NCBI GenBank assembly: GCA_963775425.1
Contig: CAVZJB010000005.1
Span: forward strand, 576,001 to 640,000
Source of the DNA: an uncultured delta proteobacterium
GTDB lineage: Bacteria; Myxococcota; UBA727; VGSZ01
Length of the DNA stretch: 64,000 nucleotides
Reading direction: 5' to 3'
Shown: positions 58,390 through 64,000 of the stretch, piece after piece
How the letters are laid out: each line of letters opens with the position of its first letter
Numbering within the stretch: the first letter of the stretch is position 1
Position numbers and translations under genes: made by a program
The notes under the pieces: model-generated
What the model saw: only the letters and a program-made list of their open reading frames with translations
Told to the model about the DNA's origin: nothing
Databases searched by the model: none

Positions 58390-58836
58390 TCAGCGACAGA
58401 CGTTCGTCGGGTGCTGGAGCCCCGTGGTGTCGTAGGTGCGGCCGGTGGTGAAGAAGATGTCGCCCTTCACGTGGCCCTTGCAGCCGGACGCGATGATGAT
58501 CCAGTCGACGGGGTTGCTGGTCGTCTTGGTGAACCTGTAGGCGTAGCGCCGAGACGTCCCCGTGACGCCGTAGCCGAGCGCGTTGGTGGGGAACGGTGCG
58601 TCGCAGAGCGCGTTGAAATCGAACGCGCCGCTGGTGTCGAGCGCGATGTCTTCCTTGCGACCGACGGCGATCCTCTGGAGGCGGTTGGCGATGACCTCCG
58701 CCTCGGTCTGCTCCGCGTGGCAACTGAACTTCTGGTAGTTCGGCACAGCGATCGCGGAGAGGATGCCGACGATGGCAACCACGATCATCAGCTCGATGAG
58801 TGTGAATGCTCGCACCTGGTGGGAGGATCGCCGCAT
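58390..58836 (-). CDS. Type IV pilin-like protein
   Basis: RA|FTLIELMIVVAIVGILSAIAVPNY prepilin N-terminus. Confidence 0.88.
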   Translation of the reverse strand: MRRSSHQVRAFTLIELMIVVAIVGILSAIAVPNYQKFSCHAEQTEAEVIANRLQRIAVGRKEDIALDTSGAFDFNALCDAPFPTNALGYGVTGTSRRYAYRFTKTTSNPVDWIIIASGCKGHVKGDIFFTTGRTYDTTGLQHPTNVCR

Positions 58837-58931
58837 GCTTCGAGTATGTCGCAAATCGACACGTTTCTGGTAGAGCCCGCAGACCCTGCTAGCGTGATCG
58901 TGTTGCTGCTGCTTAGCCGCGCGAGGTGCAC

Positions 58932-61900
58932 ATGCTGGGTCGAAGGGGCACGATTCTCAGCTTCTTGATTGCTTCAGGTCTGACGAGCTCCGCCGCGTTC
59001 GCGGCGAACGTCTCGACGATCGCGGGCAGCGGAACCAACGGCTTCTCCGGCGACGGCGGACAGGCGACGTCGGCGCAGATCGCCAACCCGCACGGGCTCG
59101 CCGTCGCACCCGACGGCACCGTCTACTTCGCGGACACCGGCAACTCGCGCATCCGCAAGATCAGCCCCTCGGGCACGATCACCACCGTGGTGGGCAGCGG
59201 CGCCTTCGGCGACACCGGCGACGGCGGCCCCGCCACCGCGGCGTCCGTCTCCACGGTGCTTGGCATCGCGCTCGACCCCACGGGCTCGGTCCTCTACTTC
59301 GTCGACTTCGACAACAACCGCGTTCGCAGCGTCAACCTCACCACGGGGATCATCCAGGGCTTCGCTGGCCTCGGCATCTTCGGCGTCGGCTACGCCGGTG
59401 ACGGCGGCGCCGCCACCAGCGCCTCGCTCACCTTTCCGCAGGGCGTCGCCACCGGCAGCGACGGCTCCGTGTACATCGCGGACACCACCAACTGTGTCAT
59501 TCGCAAGGTGAGCACCTCCGGCATCATCAGCACGGTCGCGGGCATCGGCTTCGTGTGCGGCCAGGGCGGCGACGGTCTCCCGGCCACCTCCGCCACCTTC
59601 GCGTCGCCGACCCGGGTGACGGTGGACGCGTCCGACAACATCTACGTGCTCGACAGCAACACCCATGTCGTTCGCGCCGTCGATCACGCCACCGGCATCA
59701 TCACCACCGTGGCCGGCGGCGGCGCCACCACGCCCGGGTTCGGCGCGGCCACCGACATGGACCTCGGCACGCCCTCGGACCTCGTCACCGACACCGCCGG
59801 TCAGCTCTACATCTCCAACTTTGCGCAGGTCTTCAAGGTGGACCTCGCCTCCGACGTCCTCTCCGTCTTCGCGGGCACCGCCACGGCCGGCTTCGGCGGC
59901 GACGGCGGCCCGGCCATCGCGGCGTCGTTCGACGACATCAGCGGCCTCAGCCTGCGCGACAACAACCTCGTCGTCTCGGACAACGTGAACGCGCGCCTGC
60001 GCGGGATCTCCCCGCCCCCCGCCGTGCCGGTCGACGTGATCATCGACCTGCTCACCAGCCAGGGCTTCCTCGACTCGCTGTCGACCATCGACGGCAGTCT
60101 GCTGATGGTCAACGTCGCCGGCCGCGATCTTCTGATCGTCCCCAACCTCACCAGCGTCGGCAGCGACGTCACCGTCACCGGGAACGACAACCTCACCGTC
60201 GTCGACCTCGGCGAGCTCGCCAGCGCCGGCGGGAACATCGACATCTCCGGCGACCTCGCCATGACGTCGCTCGACCTCAGCTCGCTGCAGACCGTCGGCG
60301 GCGACCTCAACGTGGTGAATGATCCCAACTTGAGCGCCATCTTGATCTCGGGAGTGACCACCATCGGCGGCGATCTCACCATCGTCGGCACGGCCGCGAC
60401 CGTCATCGGTCTTGGCTCGCTGACCGGCGTTGCCGGCACGGTGACCATCTCGGACAACCTCTCGGCCGGGAGCGTCGACCTCGGCTCTCTCACCAACACG
60501 GGCGGGGGTCTGGCGATCGACGGCAACACTGCCGCCGGGAGCGTCGATCTCGGATCGCTGACCTCGACCGGGGGCGACCTGAGCGTCAGCGACAACACCT
60601 CGGCGGGCAGCGTCTCGCTGCCCTCGCTCGGGAGTGTCGCGGGCTCCGTCGATATCTCGGGCAACACCAGCGCGGGCAGCGTCGATCTACCTTCGCTCGA
60701 CAACACGGGCGGCGGCCTCGCCATCGACGACAACACGGCTGCCGGCAGCGTCAGCCTCCCGGCCCTGACCAGCGTCAATGGCGACCTGAGCATCAGCGGC
60801 GACACGTCCGCCGGCAGCGTCTCGCTTCCGGCGCTCGGCTCCACCGCCGGGAGCGTCAGCATCACGGGCGACAGCTCCGCGGGCAGCGTCGACCTGAGCG
60901 GGCTCACCAACGTCGGCGGTGATCTCGCCATCGGCGACAACGCCGCAGGCACCACCGTCTCGATCAACTCCCTGCTTCAGGTCGCCGGCAGCGTGAGCAT
61001 CGACACCACCGGCACGGGCACGTTCGCCATCGGCGACTCCGCACAGGTTGCCGGGAGCGTGAGCCTCGACGCCACCGACTACACGACGGTGACAGGGACG
61101 ACGGGCGGCGCCGGCACGACCATCAACGCCACGACGCTCGACGCCATCATGCACCTCCAGATCAGCGCCGCCAGCTTCTCCGCGCCGGTCGACTTCTCGC
61201 TGACCAAGCTCGACGCCGCGGCGCTCGTGCCTGAAGACGGCGTCGCGAGCGATGGGAGCCCGGCCACGGTCGACCCGGTCGTTGCCTACGAGTTCTCTTT
61301 CACGACGCCCGTCTTGAACGAGGACGCGACTTTGTCGTTCGACGTCAACGTCGGCGGGCTCGATGCGGCGACGCAAACCGAGCTCCTCGATGCGCTCGCG
61401 GCCGGCACCGCCACCATGGTGACGAAACCCGACGGCGCCGGAAGCGTGTATCAGGCGTTTGATCTTTGTGCTTCGGGGCAATCGCCCGCGACGAACGGCT
61501 GCGTGCTCGTCGAGACCCTCGACGGCGCGGGCCAACCCACCACTGCGACGCCCGCGACCATCCGCTTCAGCAACGTCGTGGGACACTTCTCCTCGTGGGG
61601 CGTCGCCATCGTCACGCCGCAGGGCGGCGCCGATCAGTGCCCCGCGCCGTCGACCGACGTCTGCAGCGACCTCACCGGGTACGACACCGTCTACGATGAG
61701 ACCTTCTCGCGCGATCCGGGGGAGACGTTGGAGCTCGACCGCACCTTCAGCGCGTCCGGCAGCGGCGCCACGCTCGTCGTCCACAACGACGGCTGCCCCA
61801 TCGCGACCATCGTGCTGAACGGGACCAGCGTGTACGGCGCCAGCGACCCGAACATCGGCAACACCTGCGAGGCCATCGAGATCCCGCTCGATCCGAGCGG

Positions 61901-62381
61901 CGACAACGGTCTGCACATCGTTGTGCCCGCCGTCGCCGGGGCGTTCCATCACCACCACGACTGCGAGCACGGCGGCGAAGGCGAAGGCGAAGGCGACGCA
62001 GGCGAAGGCGAAGGCGAAGGGGACGCAGGCGAGGGCGAAGGCGAAGGCGAAGGTGACGCCGGCGAAGGCGAAGGCGAAGGCGACGCCGGCGAAGGCGAGG
62101 GCGAGGGCGACGACACCGGCGACGGCGGGTGCGTCCTCACCGTGGGCGTCGAGCAGCCCAGCGGCTGCTCCGCCGGCGAAGGCGAAGGCGAAGGCGAAGG
62201 GGAAGGCGAAGGCGAAGGCGACGACGGAGGCGACGACGGCGGCAACGACGGCCACGGCCACGGCGGCGGCCACGGCCACGGCCACGGCCACGGCCACGGC
62301 TGCAGCGCCGGCGGCGGATCGCCTGCCATGTTCGGCTTCTTCGCGCTCGGCCTCCTGCTGGTCCGCCGCCGGCGCCGATGA
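58932..62381 (+). CDS. Large surface protein: NHL repeats, L-domain-like beta-solenoid, (GE)n and His-rich linkers, MYXO-CTERM-like tail
   Basis: GFSGDGG.AT.A..P.GLAV NHL repeats; 13-14 repeats of 22-23 aa (LT.VGGDL.I.DN..AGSV.L); VGHFSSW; GCSAG..MFGFFALGLLLVRRRRR. Confidence 0.85.
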   Translation: MLGRRGTILSFLIASGLTSSAAFAANVSTIAGSGTNGFSGDGGQATSAQIANPHGLAVAPDGTVYFADTGNSRIRKISPSGTITTVVGSGAFGDTGDGGPATAASVSTVLGIALDPTGSVLYFVDFDNNRVRSVNLTTGIIQGFAGLGIFGVGYAGDGGAATSASLTFPQGVATGSDGSVYIADTTNCVIRKVSTSGIISTVAGIGFVCGQGGDGLPATSATFASPTRVTVDASDNIYVLDSNTHVVRAVDHATGIITTVAGGGATTPGFGAATDMDLGTPSDLVTDTAGQLYISNFAQVFKVDLASDVLSVFAGTATAGFGGDGGPAIAASFDDISGLSLRDNNLVVSDNVNARLRGISPPPAVPVDVIIDLLTSQGFLDSLSTIDGSLLMVNVAGRDLLIVPNLTSVGSDVTVTGNDNLTVVDLGELASAGGNIDISGDLAMTSLDLSSLQTVGGDLNVVNDPNLSAILISGVTTIGGDLTIVGTAATVIGLGSLTGVAGTVTISDNLSAGSVDLGSLTNTGGGLAIDGNTAAGSVDLGSLTSTGGDLSVSDNTSAGSVSLPSLGSVAGSVDISGNTSAGSVDLPSLDNTGGGLAIDDNTAAGSVSLPALTSVNGDLSISGDTSAGSVSLPALGSTAGSVSITGDSSAGSVDLSGLTNVGGDLAIGDNAAGTTVSINSLLQVAGSVSIDTTGTGTFAIGDSAQVAGSVSLDATDYTTVTGTTGGAGTTINATTLDAIMHLQISAASFSAPVDFSLTKLDAAALVPEDGVASDGSPATVDPVVAYEFSFTTPVLNEDATLSFDVNVGGLDAATQTELLDALAAGTATMVTKPDGAGSVYQAFDLCASGQSPATNGCVLVETLDGAGQPTTATPATIRFSNVVGHFSSWGVAIVTPQGGADQCPAPSTDVCSDLTGYDTVYDETFSRDPGETLELDRTFSASGSGATLVVHNDGCPIATIVLNGTSVYGASDPNIGNTCEAIEIPLDPSGDNGLHIVVPAVAGAFHHHHDCEHGGEGEGEGDAGEGEGEGDAGEGEGEGEGDAGEGEGEGDAGEGEGEGDDTGDGGCVLTVGVEQPSGCSAGEGEGEGEGEGEGEGDDGGDDGGNDGHGHGGGHGHGHGHGHGCSAGGGSPAMFGFFALGLLLVRRRRR
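61974..62300 (+). repeat. (GGCGAA)n Gly-Glu tracts followed by (GGCCAC)n Gly-His tract
   Basis: Directly visible hexamer repeats. Confidence 0.9.
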
Positions 62382-62435
62382 GCGTTGCAGGCCACTGCCC
62401 GGGCGCGAGATGCTCCGGGGGTACGTGGGGTCTGG

Positions 62436-63380
62436 ATGCTCGAAGCCCGTTGGCTCGGAACTGTTCTCTGTCTGATCGCCGCCGTGGGCGCTCCGGCTGC
62501 GCACGCGCTGCCGGAGGAGTACACGGCGGCGCTGCTGCCGGTGATGGCGAAGGATCTGCTCGAGCCGCAGAAGCGCGCCATCGACGACCGCATCCGCGAG
62601 ATCGCCGCCAACAACGCACTCAAGGTGCAGCCGGCGGCGGAGACGGTGCGCAACATCGACAAGGCCAAGAGGGCGGGCGCCGCCTGCAACATCGAGTCGC
62701 TCGCCTGCCAGGCGCAGATGGGCGTTCTCCTCGGCACCAAGCAGGTGATCGTGGCGCGCGTGGCGTCGGACTGGGCGGGTGATCGCCTGGAGCTTCGCCT
62801 CCTCGACGCCCTGCGCGGCTCCACGATCCGGGAGGCCACGCACGTGCTGCCCAAGGAGACCAAGCTGCGCAGGCGCGTGATCGACGGCATCATCTTCTCG
62901 GTGCTCGTGCCGCCCAAGACCGGCAGCGTGGCCATCACGTCGGGCAAGGGGGATCTCTTCCTCGACGGCGTTCCCCTCAAGGCGGACGGGGACACGGCGC
63001 ACGCAGACGGCCTCGCGCCCGGCGCGCACGACGTCGAGCTCCGCGTCGAGGGACAGCCGCCGAAGAGGGCGTCGTTCGTCACCGTCAGCGGCGAGACCGC
63101 GGAGGTCGCCGTGGGCGCGCCGCTGCCGGTCACCCCGCCGCCCGCCACCGATGGGGCGTCCGGCGTCGGCCTCTGGCTCGTCGGCGGCGGCGGCGCGTTG
63201 GCGGTCGCCGCGGTGATCGGCGCCGGGAGCCTCGAAGCCGCGTTGGAGTTGTCGCCGATGGAGCGTTCCACCCGTGACACCGTCCAGGCCACCGGCCTCG
63301 GCCTCCTCGGCGCGACCGCCGTCGGTGTCGTCGTCGCCGGCGCCGGCGGCGCGATGATGGCCCTGGAGCCTTCGCCATGA
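62436..63380 (+). CDS. PEGA domain-containing protein
   Basis: Signal peptide AHA-L; C...LAC...G..LG motif; LFLDG..LAPGAHDVEL PEGA; Gly-rich hydrophobic C-terminal helices. Confidence 0.72.
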   Translation: MLEARWLGTVLCLIAAVGAPAAHALPEEYTAALLPVMAKDLLEPQKRAIDDRIREIAANNALKVQPAAETVRNIDKAKRAGAACNIESLACQAQMGVLLGTKQVIVARVASDWAGDRLELRLLDALRGSTIREATHVLPKETKLRRRVIDGIIFSVLVPPKTGSVAITSGKGDLFLDGVPLKADGDTAHADGLAPGAHDVELRVEGQPPKRASFVTVSGETAEVAVGAPLPVTPPPATDGASGVGLWLVGGGGALAVAAVIGAGSLEAALELSPMERSTRDTVQATGLGLLGATAVGVVVAGAGGAMMALEPSP

Positions 63381-64000
63381 GCACGCGCCTCGTCGTCGTT
63401 GTCGCCTACGTCATCGCAGCCGCGTTCAGCCTCGGCGGCTGTCGCTTCTTCGACGACCACGAAGCCCCGTGCCGCACCGACGCGGACTGCTTCCCCGAGG
63501 AGGAGTGCAACCCCGCGAACGACCGGTGCCGCCTCGCGATCCACACCGGCGAGGGCGAGGGCGAAGGGGAGGGCGAGGGCGAAGGCGAAGGCGAGGGCGA
63601 AGGCGAAGGCGAGGGTGAAGGAGAGGGCGAAGGAGAGGGCGAAGGAGAGGGTGAAGGGGAAGGCGAGGGCGAGGGTGAGGGAGAAGGCGAGGGCGAGGGA
63701 GAGGCGTGTCCGAATGATGTCTTCGGCGCGGACATCGACGGCGATTGCGGCGTCGACCTCATCGTGGGCTCACCCGCCGCCGAGGTCCCCGTGATCGATT
63801 GGACGACGACGTCGTCCCCGACGGCTGCGTTTCGCTATTTCGTCGGCGACGGGAGCGGTGGCTTCGCCCCGCCGCTGACGTTCGAAAACATCATCTCCGA
63901 TGGCACCGTCGCTCGCGCCCGGCTCGCCATCTCCGTCGCGCTCGCGCGCCTGCCGGCGGCCGACGGCACCCGCGACGTGCTCATCGGTGAGCCGTCGCCG
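63377..64000 (+). CDS. Lipoprotein with (GE)n linker and FG-GAP-like repeats (partial, runs off the window)
   Basis: ATGA overlap with the upstream stop; [22 protein letters not shown] lipobox; CRTDADC; [16 protein letters not shown] and RDVLIGEP; open to the window end. Confidence 0.75.
   Translation, partial: MSTRLVVVVAYVIAAAFSLGGCRFFDDHEAPCRTDADCFPEEECNPANDRCRLAIHTGEGEGEGEGEGEGEGEGEGEGEGEGEGEGEGEGEGEGEGEGEGEGEGEGEGEACPNDVFGADIDGDCGVDLIVGSPAAEVPVIDWTTTSSPTAAFRYFVGDGSGGFAPPLTFENIISDGTVARARLAISVALARLPAADGTRDVLIGEPSP
63548..63703 (+). repeat. Hexamer repeat encoding (Gly-Glu)x26
   Basis: 156 bp of GGN-GAR codon pairs. Confidence 0.9.

Noticed and set aside
61974-63703. Possible CRISPR array or non-coding satellite
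   Set aside because: The repeats are in-frame hexamers encoding Gly-Glu/Gly-His with no unique spacers; there are no cas genes.

Overview
Very GC-rich (by eye about 70% or more), gene-dense bacterial chromosome segment, most consistent with a Myxococcota / former Deltaproteobacteria genome. This rests on MYXO-CTERM-like sorting tails, an MXAN_5187-type C-terminal domain, eukaryote-like Ser/Thr kinases, PEGA proteins and long (Gly-Glu)n linkers. About 48 CDS are supportable, including mnmE, mnmG, malQ, pcm, rpmE, prfA, a DegP/Do protease, a GH13 enzyme, an aminotransferase and a sensor kinase. I found no rRNA, tRNA, CRISPR array or transposase. The most notable locus is a minus-strand operon (34.5-39.9 kb) that joins a TerY-P/YegIKL-like triad (PP2C phosphatase, atypical Ser/Thr kinase, vWA protein) to a nicotinamidase-like enzyme and an NrtR-type NUDIX repressor. 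A clear sigma70-like promoter overlapped by an NrtR-type operator sits in front of it. Other highlights: an Ntox28-like tRNase toxin with no adjacent immunity gene, a 1135-aa protein hiding a CYTH domain, a probably inactive M16 peptidase pair, a degenerate malic enzyme, and two +1 frameshifts (mnmG, nicotinamidase) in the same CCAGAATCT context that are probably sequencing errors. All family assignments come from motif recognition by eye, not database searches.
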